A DNA stretch of 64,000 bases from an uncultured Nitrospiraceae bacterium (GTDB taxonomy: Bacteria; Nitrospirota; Nitrospiria; Nitrospirales; Nitrospiraceae), in assembly GCA_963730935.1 (NCBI GenBank), contig CAVSTP010000002.1:640001-704000 (forward strand), read 5' to 3'. Position numbers and translations under genes: made by a program. Of the stretch, positions 19,888 through 29,497 are shown piece after piece (position 1 is the stretch's first letter; the number at the start of each line of letters is the position of its first letter). Under the pieces are notes generated by a model. The model searched no databases, was not told the DNA's origin, and saw nothing but the letters and a program-made list of their open reading frames with translations.

Positions 19888-20027
19888 GGACAACCTAGAC
19901 AACCTAGACAACCTTTTTAAGAGAGGGAGAGTGCTGGAACAGAAAGGCGGAGCGAAAAGGGGGAGAGAACAGGAGGAGTGTGGGGCACTACATAGGGAAA
20001 AGGTTGTCTAGTTGACTAGGTTGTCTA
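19888..20027. promoter_or_regulatory. Putative iteron-containing replication origin
   Basis: Three tandem (A/G)GACAACCT 9-mers at 19888-19914 and two inverted AGGTTGTCTA copies at 20001 and 20018, just downstream of the primase. Confidence 0.75.
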
Positions 20028-20077
20028 CACCTCCGCCTCGGCAACTCGGCGTAGAGCCAAGGGAGCCTAGGAATTAC

Positions 20078-20311
20078 ATGACTGTAGATAGAGATAGAGA
20101 ACGTGTGCAAAACCATCGCTCCCTGATGAAGGCGAATGGGTACCGCCGCATAGAGGTTACGCTCGGCGGCGGAATGATCGATCGGGCCCGTGAAGTTGCT
20201 CTAATGAGGCATTGGCCGCTATGGCGGGTGGTTGAGGAAGCCCTTGATGCGTACGTCATGACCAATGACGTGAATACAGGTAACGTCGCACTAACCGGAA
20301 ATGCGGGATAA
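20078..20311 (+). CDS. Small basic, ribbon-helix-helix-like DNA-binding protein
   Basis: RERVQNHR..MK.NGYRRIEVTL...VVEEALDAY. Confidence 0.55.
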   Translation: MTVDRDRERVQNHRSLMKANGYRRIEVTLGGGMIDRAREVALMRHWPLWRVVEEALDAYVMTNDVNTGNVALTGNAG

Positions 20312-20496
20312 GCGATGCCATTCCCTGTTGCCGACCCCAAGACAAATTACCGGAAATGCAGAGTATGTAGCACCCCAGAGCACTACGTAAATAATTGTGA
20401 AGGTAAAACACGGGAGAAGAGGGGGGAGAGTTCCTGCAATTAATTGGAATGCAATAGTTCGCCGGGCGAAGCGAGAGCCTTCGGTGAGGAATTGAC

Positions 20497-20724
20497 GTGA
20501 AAAGAATACATATGGACCAGGACGAACCCCCCTTGCGCCGTCTCGTAGACACTCAGGCCGTTGCAGATTACCTCAACATAGCCACGGACACGGTGTACAC
20601 GATGGTGAGCCAACGACGGCTCCCTCATGTAAAGGTGGGCCGACTACTCCGGTTCGATCTTACGGCGATTAACGCATGGATTGCTAAGAACACGGTTATG
20701 CCGATGCCGGAGAAAAGGGATTGA
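20497..20724 (+). CDS. Excisionase-family HTH (HTH_17) protein
   Basis: VADYLNIATDTVY.MV..RRLPHVKVGRLLRF. Confidence 0.88.
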   Translation: MKRIHMDQDEPPLRRLVDTQAVADYLNIATDTVYTMVSQRRLPHVKVGRLLRFDLTAINAWIAKNTVMPMPEKRD

Positions 20725-20729
20725 CCACT

Positions 20730-20747
20730 GTTCTCATATATGAGAAC
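20730..20747. promoter_or_regulatory. Perfect 18-bp palindrome, putative operator
   Basis: GTTCTCATATATGAGAAC immediately downstream of TTGACC and 9 bp before the XRE ATG. Confidence 0.7.
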
Positions 20748-20756
20748 GTCTTGGCC

Positions 20757-20990
20757 ATGACACTGCTACGGGGTATTCGGGAAGGAAAGGGGGTGAGTTT
20801 GCGAGGCCTCAAGAAAATTTCGGGCGTGGCAGTGGCGACTCTCGCCCGGATCGAAGCGGGGGGGTATGACCCTCGCCTGAGTACCTTGAGGCGGTTAGCC
20901 AAGGCCCTGAATGTTACCGTGGCGGAAATGATCGGCGAACAATCCTTCAAGAAAGGAGAGTCACTGGATGGGACTCACAAAACGCGGTAA
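20757..20990 (+). CDS. XRE-family HTH regulator
   Basis: LRGIREGKGVSLRGL..SGV..ATLARIE.G..DPRLSTLRRLAKAL. Confidence 0.88.
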   Translation: MTLLRGIREGKGVSLRGLKKISGVAVATLARIEAGGYDPRLSTLRRLAKALNVTVAEMIGEQSFKKGESLDGTHKTR

Positions 20991-22095
20991 GCACTGGTAC
21001 GTGGAGTTTCCAGTTATTGATGATGGCAAAATTCTAAAGATGGCTCCATATGGTTCTCGGTCAGTGGCAGGAATCAAGATGAAACGGTGGAAGTCGGGTC
21101 CAAGCAAAGAACTCGCCGAAAAGTTGGAGGCGAGCAAGCGGATCGAACTTGAAACAGTTGGGATACCCAGCACTAAGCAGGCGGCTCTCATGACATTCAA
21201 GTCGCTGACGGATGCGTACCTAGCTGACAAAAAGATTCAGCGCCAAGCGCTGTACAAATGCAAGAAGTCGTGGATTGAAAACCGGTTCATTCCGACATTC
21301 GGAGCCGGAACGTTAGCGGCGTCAGTGACGACTGACAAGGTAGAATCGTATCTGGAGAGGCGCCGGCAGGAAGTCGCACTGGCCACGGTTAACCGGGAGC
21401 TGGCTGGAATTAAGCATATTTTTTCCTGGGCAGTGCATAGAGGTCGGATGGACAGGAACCCACTGCAGCATTTGAGGCAGGAGAGGGAAGACAATGTGAG
21501 AGACGAAATTCTGGAACCAGTACAATTCGATGCCTTACAACGACACGCTCCCAGCTACCTGCGCTCGATCAATCTGGTGGCTTATCAGACGGCAATGCGT
21601 CGAGGTGAAATCCTGGAGCTGACCTGGGACAAGGTGGATGAGAAGAAAGGCTTTATTCGGCTGTCAGCTGAAGATACGAAGACGGACGAAGGACGAATCG
21701 TGCCACTCTCACCAGAACTCAAGGCGACCTTTGCAGAGTTACGAAGAACTAGGGCGCTCCACGAGAAACACGTTTTCCTTCGGGGAGGACAGTCTGTGGC
21801 AGACTTCCGACGCGCATTTGCGACCGCCTGCAAGTTGGCCGGAATCGAAGGCTTCCGCTTTCATGACTTCCGCCATACGGCGATCACGAATATGCGCCGG
21901 GCGGGGATTGACCCGCTCACCATCATGCAGATCAGCGGTCACAAAACGATGGAGTGCTTCACGCGATATAACAGCTTCCGGGAGCCAGATTTGAGTGCTG
22001 CGGCCGATAAGCTTAACACTCATCTAACACTAGCCCACCGATTGGCTTCCACAACGGCTGCGAGTGAGATGGAGAAAGCGAGTGCAAGTGCTTGA
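20968..22095 (+). CDS. Tyrosine recombinase / phage integrase
   Basis: TVNREL, TAMRRGEIL, TKT, FHDFRHT, SGHK, RY catalytic set; ends 8 bp from the tRNA 3' end. Confidence 0.96.
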   Translation: MGLTKRGKHWYVEFPVIDDGKILKMAPYGSRSVAGIKMKRWKSGPSKELAEKLEASKRIELETVGIPSTKQAALMTFKSLTDAYLADKKIQRQALYKCKKSWIENRFIPTFGAGTLAASVTTDKVESYLERRRQEVALATVNRELAGIKHIFSWAVHRGRMDRNPLQHLRQEREDNVRDEILEPVQFDALQRHAPSYLRSINLVAYQTAMRRGEILELTWDKVDEKKGFIRLSAEDTKTDEGRIVPLSPELKATFAELRRTRALHEKHVFLRGGQSVADFRRAFATACKLAGIEGFRFHDFRHTAITNMRRAGIDPLTIMQISGHKTMECFTRYNSFREPDLSAAADKLNTHLTLAHRLASTTAASEMEKASASA

Positions 22096-22103
22096 AAAAG
22101 GTA

Positions 22104-22190
22104 TGGTGCCGAAGCCGGGATTTGAACCCGGACACCCTTGCGGGCGCTAGACCCTGAATCTAGTGCGTCTGCCAGTTCCGCCACTTCGGC
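22104..22190 (-). tRNA. tRNA-Leu(CAG)
   Basis: GCCGAAG acceptor, CTAGA-TTCAGGG-TCTAG anticodon arm, long variable arm, GGTTCAAATCC, CCA end. Confidence 0.97.
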
Positions 22191-22295
22191 TTCTCGGGCT
22201 CTCGCTTCGTGAGGCAGGCCCTTGGGAGAGTGGGAAGGGGATTATCCAGAATTCCGCTCGCTCACGTCAAGCAACTCTCGGCAAACTCGTGCTGG

Positions 22296-23747
22296 TCAAC
22301 GTTGGCTCCACGCCATTTCGTCCATCTGCCAGCGACCGGCCGTGGCAATGTCCCGCTGATCACCCGTGAGCACGATCCGCTCGCGGACGAGTCCGGCGGC
22401 TCCGAGCAGACCTGGTACCGAAATCCATGGCGCGTTGTCGGCAATCAGGACATCGAATCGCACACGGCTGAAGAGCGGATCTGCCAGCACGCGGTCGGCC
22501 GTCGTGATCACGAGCCGCCGGTTTTGAATAAACGCCTGGCGATTGGTGTCTTCTTCGGCCGCAAGCAGTTCGCGGATCTTTTTCGTCCCCCCCAATCGCA
22601 CGATCTCCTCTTTTAAGTCTTCGAATTCCGACCGCATATCTTTGGGCACCGCGGCTTCGGGCACCAGTTCGTCGATGCGAGTCTTGGCAATGTCGAGTTC
22701 TTTCATCAACCCGGCGATTTGAGTCTCATAGAGGGCGAGGTACTGATGCAGGGAGTCCACGTTTTTCCCCACCGCCTGCATGGTGAGGCGGCGCAGGAGC
22801 GGTAGGTTTTCATATTCGGCCAGCGTGGTCTGCGCCTCTTTTTGTTTCGCCTGAAGGTCGCTCAACTGCGTCAATAGGCGCCATTCCAGTAATCGGACCT
22901 CATCGAGATCCTTTTGCTTATGCCCTTTGTACGCCAAAATCGGCGTGAGTTCCCGAAATCGTTCGTATTTCCGGCGGAGCGCGGCTTTGTCCGCCCGTGA
23001 CTTCGCATAAAACTGATGCATCTGCGTTTCGAAGCCCAGCTCGCGAATCGGTAAACCGAACGCCTGATGGGCCACCGTCATTTCATATCGGCTCACCCAG
23101 GTTTTGTAGACGAGGCCCCCGGCCTTCATGGCTCGCGCGATGGCCCCGCTGATTTCGTCTGCGGCGTGATGGTCTGGGCACACGAGCAGGATGCGCTTGT
23201 TCGCCCGAATGAGCCCGATCGCAGTCGCCGCCACTTTCTGTTGCCGCACGGACGGATCCTCCGACCACAGCGTCGTCAGGACGGAAGCCGAGGAACCGCC
23301 AATCTGATCAAATGAGCTCGACGTCCCGAACACAGGAGCCAGACGATCGGCGGGACCCAGCCGGTAGGAGTCGGGCTGCGCCAACATGTGAGCGAATCTT
23401 TCCGCCGCTCTTAAGAGAAACCCTCCCCGGTCGGGGACGATGGTCGCATTCGTAACAGTGGTTCCGATGGCGTCGAAGGTTTGCACCAAGGCCACGCCAT
23501 CCTTACAACTCAAGACCAGCCCTTCCGCCGGTTCGATCTCGTCGTCAGGAACGACCGAAACGGGTATATCGATAGCCAATACGCCATCAGGAGGGAGCCG
23601 AAACTCGTAGAGATAAAGGGTTCCGACAGCTTCCAAGAGACGTCCGCTCACTGGTGCCAGCGGCCGGTCGCCCTGCGAAATGCCAAGCTGCGCCTGCTCA
23701 GCGGTAAGTCGTGTGGCCCAATGCTCGATCAGTTCCCGTGCCGTCAT
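22296..23747 (-). CDS. Degenerate SF1 (Upf1/DNA2-like) helicase-domain protein with coiled coil
   Basis: RILLVCPDHHAAD, LVITT, FDVLIADNA, IVLTGD; start taken as MTARE at 23747. Confidence 0.7.
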   Translation of the reverse strand: MTARELIEHWATRLTAEQAQLGISQGDRPLAPVSGRLLEAVGTLYLYEFRLPPDGVLAIDIPVSVVPDDEIEPAEGLVLSCKDGVALVQTFDAIGTTVTNATIVPDRGGFLLRAAERFAHMLAQPDSYRLGPADRLAPVFGTSSSFDQIGGSSASVLTTLWSEDPSVRQQKVAATAIGLIRANKRILLVCPDHHAADEISGAIARAMKAGGLVYKTWVSRYEMTVAHQAFGLPIRELGFETQMHQFYAKSRADKAALRRKYERFRELTPILAYKGHKQKDLDEVRLLEWRLLTQLSDLQAKQKEAQTTLAEYENLPLLRRLTMQAVGKNVDSLHQYLALYETQIAGLMKELDIAKTRIDELVPEAAVPKDMRSEFEDLKEEIVRLGGTKKIRELLAAEEDTNRQAFIQNRRLVITTADRVLADPLFSRVRFDVLIADNAPWISVPGLLGAAGLVRERIVLTGDQRDIATAGRWQMDEMAWSQR

Positions 23748-23921
23748 GATGCAAAGATTGAAGAGTGTGCGGTCATGATACGGGCGCTCGCCAATGAGAG
23801 TCCAGCCACCAAGAGGCGGAGTTTGGGTACTCAGAACGCGCTCGCGAGAGCAATCCACGATTGACTTTTCTTCGGCCCCTCCAGTATCCTCTTTTCCTTT
23901 CCAACAGAAGGAGTTAGCGGT

Positions 23922-24389
23922 ATGAAAGTCATTCTGCAAGAGACGATGGAAGGGGTCGGTCACCTCGGCGACCTCATCGACGTGAAAAATGGATTTGCAA
24001 GGAACTTCTTGCTCCCCCGTAAGAAGGCCGTGGTCGCCAACGACCGGAATATCAAATCGTTCGAGCATACCAAGCGGGTCGCCGCCGAACGGGCCAAGAA
24101 GGAAAAGCTCGAGATCGAAGCCCATGCCAAGAAGATATCCACTGTCACACTCACGGTGGAGGCTCAGGTTGGGAAAGACGATAAGATGTTCGGGTCGGTC
24201 ACAGTCAAGGACATTGCCGAGGGGTTGACCGCACAGGGCTATACCGTGGACCGGCGGAAAATTCAGCTGCCTCACCCCATCAAAGAGCTCGGCACCTTCA
24301 CGGTCCCCGTGAAATTGCCGCGGGAGGTGACCGCCGCGGTCACGGTGCGTGTCGTCAAGAAACAGGACGCGGAAACCGCAACGGCCTAA
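23922..24389 (+). CDS. rplI: 50S ribosomal protein L9
   Basis: MKVIL...G..GD...VKNGFARNFLLP, KMFGSVT, PIKELG. Confidence 0.98.
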   Translation: MKVILQETMEGVGHLGDLIDVKNGFARNFLLPRKKAVVANDRNIKSFEHTKRVAAERAKKEKLEIEAHAKKISTVTLTVEAQVGKDDKMFGSVTVKDIAEGLTAQGYTVDRRKIQLPHPIKELGTFTVPVKLPREVTAAVTVRVVKKQDAETATA

Positions 24390-24427
24390 TTTCCTAGGTT
24401 TATCAACAATCGGACGAGGCACGTTCA

Positions 24428-25696
24428 ATGTCCATGAAAGATGCAGTGGGGTCGCTTGATGCGTTACAAGCCACGGATCCCGAGGTCTATGCCGCCATCG
24501 ATGCCGAGGAGGAGCGCCAGCGAAACAAGCTCCTCCTGATCGCCTCCGAGAACTTCGCCAGTCCTGCCGTCCTGGCCGCCCAGGGTTCCTTGATGACGAA
24601 TAAGTATGCGGAAGGGTACCCAGGCAAGCGGTACTACGGCGGTTGCCAGCATGTGGACCAAGTCGAAGACCTCGCGATTCAACGCTGCAAGCAAATTTTC
24701 GGCGCCGAGCATGTGAACGTTCAACCGCACTCCGGTTCGCAAGCCAATATGGCCGCCTACCTGTCGGTGCTCAAGCCCGGAGACACAATTCTCGGGATGG
24801 ACTTGGCGCAGGGAGGCCATTTGACCCATGGCAGCAAAGTCAATTTCTCCGGAATGATTTTTCGCGCGTTCTCGTACGGAGTCGATCGGCAGTCGGAAAC
24901 CATCGATTTTGACGCCGTCCGCAAGCTTGCCGAAGAATGCCGCCCTCGCATGATCGTGGTGGGCGCCAGTGCGTACGCCAGGACGCTGGACTTTCCAAAA
25001 TTTCAAGCCATTGCACAGTCAGTTGGCGCCTACCTCATGGTCGACATTGCCCACATCGCCGGCTTGATCGCCGCAGGCTTGCACCCGAATCCCATCCCCT
25101 ATGCAGATTTTGTGACCACGACGACGCACAAGACCCTCCGCGGCCCTCGCGGCGGTGTGGTGATGTGCAAGGCGGAACATGCCAAGGCCGTCGACAAGTT
25201 CGTGTTTCCCGGCATGCAGGGCGGACCCTTGATGCACGTGATTGCCGCCAAAGCGGTTGCCTTTAAGGAAGCCCTCTCACCGGCATTCAAGCGCTATCAG
25301 CAACAGGTCGTCGCCAACGCGCGTGTCTTAGCCCAGGGCTTGTTGGATCGCGGATACAAGATCGTGTCTGGAGGGACGGATACGCACCTCATGTTGGTGA
25401 ATCTTACCAACAAGGGCATCACCGGCAAGGAAGCGGATGCAGCACTGGACGCGGCTGGCATTATCGTCAATAAGAACGCGGTGCCCTACGATGAAAAGCC
25501 GCCGGCCGTGGCGAGCGGCATCCGGTTGGGCACGCCGATTGTCTCAACTCGCGGGATGAAGGAAGGCGAAATGCGAGAGATCGTCGTCCTGGTGGATCGA
25601 GTCCTGCAGCACCGGCAGGACCCGGCGGTTCTAGAGGAAGTCCGCAGCCAGGCGAAGGCACTCTGCAACCGTTTCCCGATCTTTCACTCCTACTAA
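24428..25696 (+). CDS. glyA: Serine hydroxymethyltransferase
   Basis: [42 protein letters not shown]. Confidence 0.99.
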   Translation: MSMKDAVGSLDALQATDPEVYAAIDAEEERQRNKLLLIASENFASPAVLAAQGSLMTNKYAEGYPGKRYYGGCQHVDQVEDLAIQRCKQIFGAEHVNVQPHSGSQANMAAYLSVLKPGDTILGMDLAQGGHLTHGSKVNFSGMIFRAFSYGVDRQSETIDFDAVRKLAEECRPRMIVVGASAYARTLDFPKFQAIAQSVGAYLMVDIAHIAGLIAAGLHPNPIPYADFVTTTTHKTLRGPRGGVVMCKAEHAKAVDKFVFPGMQGGPLMHVIAAKAVAFKEALSPAFKRYQQQVVANARVLAQGLLDRGYKIVSGGTDTHLMLVNLTNKGITGKEADAALDAAGIIVNKNAVPYDEKPPAVASGIRLGTPIVSTRGMKEGEMREIVVLVDRVLQHRQDPAVLEEVRSQAKALCNRFPIFHSY

Positions 25697-25723
25697 CCTC
25701 ACAACAGGGCAGGATCACCGCCG

Positions 25724-26188
25724 GTGAAATGTCCCTTCTGCGATGAGCTGGAAGACAAAGTGGTCGACTCGCGCATGGCGAAGGAAGGCGAGCTCATCCG
25801 CCGCCGCCGGGAATGCCTGGGCTGCAAGCGCCGTTACACCACCTACGAGCGTGTGGAGGAAATCCTTCCGGTCGTGGTGAAGAAAGACGGACGGCGGGAA
25901 ACGTTTGATCGGTCCAAAATTCTGTCAGGGTTGAAAAAGGCCTGTGAGAAGCGGCCGATCAGTACGGCGACCATTGAGACCGTGACGGACCGGATCGAGA
26001 AGCGCATTCAAGAGATGGGCGAGACGGAGATTGAAAGCCGGATCGTGGGTGAGGAGCTGATGAAGGAATTGCATCAGCTCGATCAGGTGGCATACGTGCG
26101 CTTTGCGTCCGTCTACCGGGAGTTCAAAGACATCGACCAATTCATGGACGAGTTGAGAACCCTGGCCCAGCAGCGCCGCGAGCGGTGA
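25724..26188 (+). CDS. nrdR: Transcriptional repressor NrdR
   Basis: MKCPFC, VVDSR, IRRRREC..C.RRYTTYE, ATP cone, [10 protein letters not shown]. Confidence 0.98.
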   Translation: MKCPFCDELEDKVVDSRMAKEGELIRRRRECLGCKRRYTTYERVEEILPVVVKKDGRRETFDRSKILSGLKKACEKRPISTATIETVTDRIEKRIQEMGETEIESRIVGEELMKELHQLDQVAYVRFASVYREFKDIDQFMDELRTLAQQRRER

Positions 26189-26274
26189 AGACACGATCTG
26201 ATTCTCCGCTGAGGCGTCTTTCCTCTCTCCCCGTTCGTCGAGCCACCACGAGGAAGCCGACCAAAGAGGGGCAC

Positions 26275-27384
26275 ATGCCGGCCTCGCAGGCCAAACCGTC
26301 GAAACAGACTCGAAAGGGCGGCGCATCCGGCGTCACCCACGTGGCGATCATTGGAGCCGGACGGGGCGGCAAGGCGCTCATGGAGATCTTCGCCAACGAC
26401 CCGCTCGTCGACATCGTCGCCGTGGCCGAAATCGATGATTTGGCGCCGGGCATCGCCCTCGCGAAGCGGTTGAAAATTCCGGTCACCCAAGACTACCGCA
26501 TGTTGCTCAATCTGGAACGCGTCGACCTGATCATCGACGTGTCGGGCAGCGTGGAGGTCTGGCAGTCGCTGCAGGACTTTCACCGCATGGGCGTAACGAT
26601 CCTCGGCGGCGCCAGTGCCAAATTCATGTGGGAACTGATCGAAGCGCGGATCAGGGCGACCGCCGAGATTGAGAAGACCCTCAATAAATATCAGTCGCTC
26701 TACCGGCTTTACGTCAAGGAAACAGGGGCCGCCGTGACCGAGGAACGCACGAGGATTGCCTGCGAAATTCACGACGGACTCGTCCAGAGCCTCGCCGGCG
26801 TCGGCTTCAAGCTTGAACTGTCCCAACAACTGATCCGCAAAAATCCCAAAGCCAGCTTGGCAACCCTGCGAGAAAGCAAGGAGCAGCTCAAGCTTGCGAT
26901 TCAGGAAGCCAGGCAAGTTATTTTCAATCTCCGTCCGCTACAGTACGACAAGATGGAGCTCATTCCGGGACTCACCAACTATCTCAAATCGTACGAGACG
27001 CAATACCACATCAAGACCGACTTTACCGTGACCGGCGATGAGCAGATTCTGTTTCCCCGCACCAAGATCTTCTTGTTCCGAATCGTCCAGGAAGCCTTGA
27101 GCAATGTCGTCCAGCACGCCAAGGCCGACCAGGTGTCAGTGCAATTGACGATCGGCCTGGAGAGGCTCACAGTCACCATCTCGGACAACGGCGTGGGATT
27201 CAACATGGAGCAGGTCCTCCATAATCCTGAAAAATGGGACCACTTCGGCGTGCGGGGAATCGTCGAGCGAGCGAATCTCGTCGGCGGCGAGGCGAAAATC
27301 GATTCACAAAAGGGCCGAGGCACCCGGATTGTCGTCGAAGTGCCGCTCGGGAAAAAAGAGAGGGTGGACGATGGAGAAAATTAA
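26275..27384 (+). CDS. Cytoplasmic histidine kinase with N-terminal Rossmann-like domain
   Basis: VAIIGAGRGG, ERTRIACEIHDG, EALSNVVQHA, DNGVGF, HFGVRG. Confidence 0.9.
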   Translation: MPASQAKPSKQTRKGGASGVTHVAIIGAGRGGKALMEIFANDPLVDIVAVAEIDDLAPGIALAKRLKIPVTQDYRMLLNLERVDLIIDVSGSVEVWQSLQDFHRMGVTILGGASAKFMWELIEARIRATAEIEKTLNKYQSLYRLYVKETGAAVTEERTRIACEIHDGLVQSLAGVGFKLELSQQLIRKNPKASLATLRESKEQLKLAIQEARQVIFNLRPLQYDKMELIPGLTNYLKSYETQYHIKTDFTVTGDEQILFPRTKIFLFRIVQEALSNVVQHAKADQVSVQLTIGLERLTVTISDNGVGFNMEQVLHNPEKWDHFGVRGIVERANLVGGEAKIDSQKGRGTRIVVEVPLGKKERVDDGEN

Positions 27385-28042
27385 AGTGTTAATCGCTGAT
27401 GATCACCGCGTGGTGCGCGAAGGGCTGGCCGCCATTCTCAAAACTAAGGACGACCTCAACGTCGTCGGAGAGGCGCAGGACGGTATGGAAGCGGTCGAGA
27501 AAACGAAAACCTTGATGCCCGACGTCATTTTGATGGACGTCAGCATGCCACGGATGGGCGGTGTGGAAGCCACGCGTCAGATCAAGCGGGAGTTTCCCCA
27601 TATCGGCATCGTCGCGCTGACGATGTATGAAGAACAGCAATATATTTTTGATCTCGTGCGTGCCGGCGCCACCGGCTATCTCTTGAAGGACTCCGAGTCG
27701 TCCCAGATCGTTGCCGCGATCCGGGCCATCTCCCGAGGGGAGTCGCTGATCCATCCGTCGGTCGCGAGCAAAATCCTCGCCGAGTTTTCACTCATGGCCC
27801 AAAAAAAGGGGAAGAAACCAGGCTGGGTTGAGCACGATCTCACCGAGCGGGAAATCACGGTGTTGCGGCTCGTGGCAGACGGAAAGACCAACAAAGAAAT
27901 CGCCAACAGTTTGGACCTCAGCGAGAAGACCGTGAAAAATCACGTGCGGAATATCTTTCATAAGTTGCAGGTCTACGACCGCACCCAGGCAGCGATTTTG
28001 GCGATCCGGAAGGGACTGATCGAGCTGGATCCACGGCCATAG
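27371..28042 (+). CDS. NarL/LuxR-family response regulator
   Basis: IADDH, ILMDVSMP, LTEREITVL...NKEIA..L.LSEKTVKNH. Confidence 0.95.
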   Translation: MEKIKVLIADDHRVVREGLAAILKTKDDLNVVGEAQDGMEAVEKTKTLMPDVILMDVSMPRMGGVEATRQIKREFPHIGIVALTMYEEQQYIFDLVRAGATGYLLKDSESSQIVAAIRAISRGESLIHPSVASKILAEFSLMAQKKGKKPGWVEHDLTEREITVLRLVADGKTNKEIANSLDLSEKTVKNHVRNIFHKLQVYDRTQAAILAIRKGLIELDPRP

Positions 28043-28291
28043 AACCCAGACTGGCAACCGCCCATTAGGCTGCAACTCGGGGCCGCCGTCCGGGGTAACA
28101 GGCAGTACATCTCTATCTCGTTCTTAGCTTCGCGAGCGGGTTGAGTCACGATTTCTTACCCATCTCTTTACATAGATTCCCTCTGAAAGTCACACATGTC
28201 ACATTTACGCAACAGATGAGGAATAGAGATATCACGTTACCTTTTTGTTTAAATTCAATATCTTATGCATACTTTATCTATAAAATTGCGC

Positions 28292-28306
28292 TGGCACCCA
28301 AGTTGC
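28292..28306 (+). promoter_or_regulatory. Sigma54 (-24/-12) promoter upstream of lpxC
   Basis: TGGCAC-CCAAG-TTGC matches the consensus exactly, 33 bp before the start codon. Confidence 0.7.
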
Positions 28307-28339
28307 TGTGAACGACTGTGGTAACTGGAGGCTCCGTCG

Positions 28340-29278
28340 GTGAGACAACAGCAAACCCTCTCGAATCCGATTAGCTGTACAGGAGTCGGATTACATACAG
28401 GAAAACCGGTGACGCTCACGCTTCGTCCGGCGCCCACGGACACCGGCGTGGTGTTTGTGAACCGCAATGGGCATGCTGGAGCGACGTTGGCGGCGTCTGT
28501 TGATCATCTTGTTCCGACGGAACTCTGTACGGCAATCAGCGGAAACGGGTTCCAAGTCAAAACGATCGAGCACGTGCTGGCCGCGCTGGCAGGCTTAAGC
28601 GTCGATAACGTCTTTGTGGACATCGATGCCGCTGAAGCACCGGTGATGGATGGGAGCTCAGCCCCATTCGTCCGATTAATCCAATCAGCCGGTGTAAATG
28701 CTCAAAACCGTCGTCGAGCATTCTTGAAGATTACCCGGCCGCTGGAAATCGTCGATGGATCTCGGCGCATCCGGATCGAGCCGTCTTCCACGCCACGAAT
28801 CACCTATACGATCCAGTATGACCATCCGTTGATCCGAACGCAGACCTATACGTATGAGCATTCCACGCATGCGTTTGCGACCGAGATCGCTGAAGCAAGG
28901 ACATTCGGGTTCTTGCAGGAAGTTGAAGCGCTCTGGGCCCGTGGACTTGGTCGTGGCGGCAACCTCGAGAACACGGTCGTTCTTTCGCAAGACGGGATCC
29001 TGAATGAATCCGGTCTGCGGTTTGCCGACGAATTCGTGCGGCATAAAGTCTTGGACCTCATCGGTGACTTCTCCCTTTTGGGTCTGCCCTTTATCGGACA
29101 TCTGATTGCCGACCGATCCGGACATGCCTTGCATACCCGTCTGGTGAAGCAAATTCTCGATCATCCGGAATGCTGGGTGCTGCTCAACGCCGATCAGACG
29201 GTCTCACAAGCCGAATTCAGTCCCTCTCTTTCCTCGTCTCCAAGACCCGCAACAGCTGTTGCCCTCCAGGCTTCCTAG
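28340..29278 (+). CDS. lpxC: UDP-3-O-acyl-N-acetylglucosamine deacetylase
   Basis: GVGLHTG, TIEH, ARTFGF, EFVRHKVLDLIGD, GHALH. Confidence 0.97.
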   Translation: MRQQQTLSNPISCTGVGLHTGKPVTLTLRPAPTDTGVVFVNRNGHAGATLAASVDHLVPTELCTAISGNGFQVKTIEHVLAALAGLSVDNVFVDIDAAEAPVMDGSSAPFVRLIQSAGVNAQNRRRAFLKITRPLEIVDGSRRIRIEPSSTPRITYTIQYDHPLIRTQTYTYEHSTHAFATEIAEARTFGFLQEVEALWARGLGRGGNLENTVVLSQDGILNESGLRFADEFVRHKVLDLIGDFSLLGLPFIGHLIADRSGHALHTRLVKQILDHPECWVLLNADQTVSQAEFSPSLSSSPRPATAVALQAS

Positions 29279-29497
29279 TCATCGACTCGTATACCGGCGT
29301 TTTTGTTGTGGTACTGGTGAACGGGTGTGCTCTGCGTTCGTGCGGGGAACATCGATAACGTCGGGAGCGAGTGGCCTCGCCCCCGACGCTAGAATCGAGG
29401 CGGGACTTACTTCTTTTTCTTCTTCGCTGCTTTCTTCGTCGCCAAGACTCTCACCTCCCTTCGAAATACTCAGTCATTCTTGATGAAATGACGATTC

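Larger units (their letters stand above)
4995..22161. mobile_element. ~17.2 kb integrative island at tRNA-Leu(CAG): satellite-like core plus cargo
   Basis: 58-bp direct repeats at both ends; integrase next to the intact tRNA; alpA/primase/xis; gene fragments inside. Confidence 0.92.

Noticed and set aside
4995..22161. Complete prophage or conjugative element
   Set aside because: No structural, lysis, terminase, relaxase or T4SS genes were recognised
23748..24428. N-terminal extension of the 710-aa ORF
   Set aside because: It is antisense to rplI; the real start is more likely 23747
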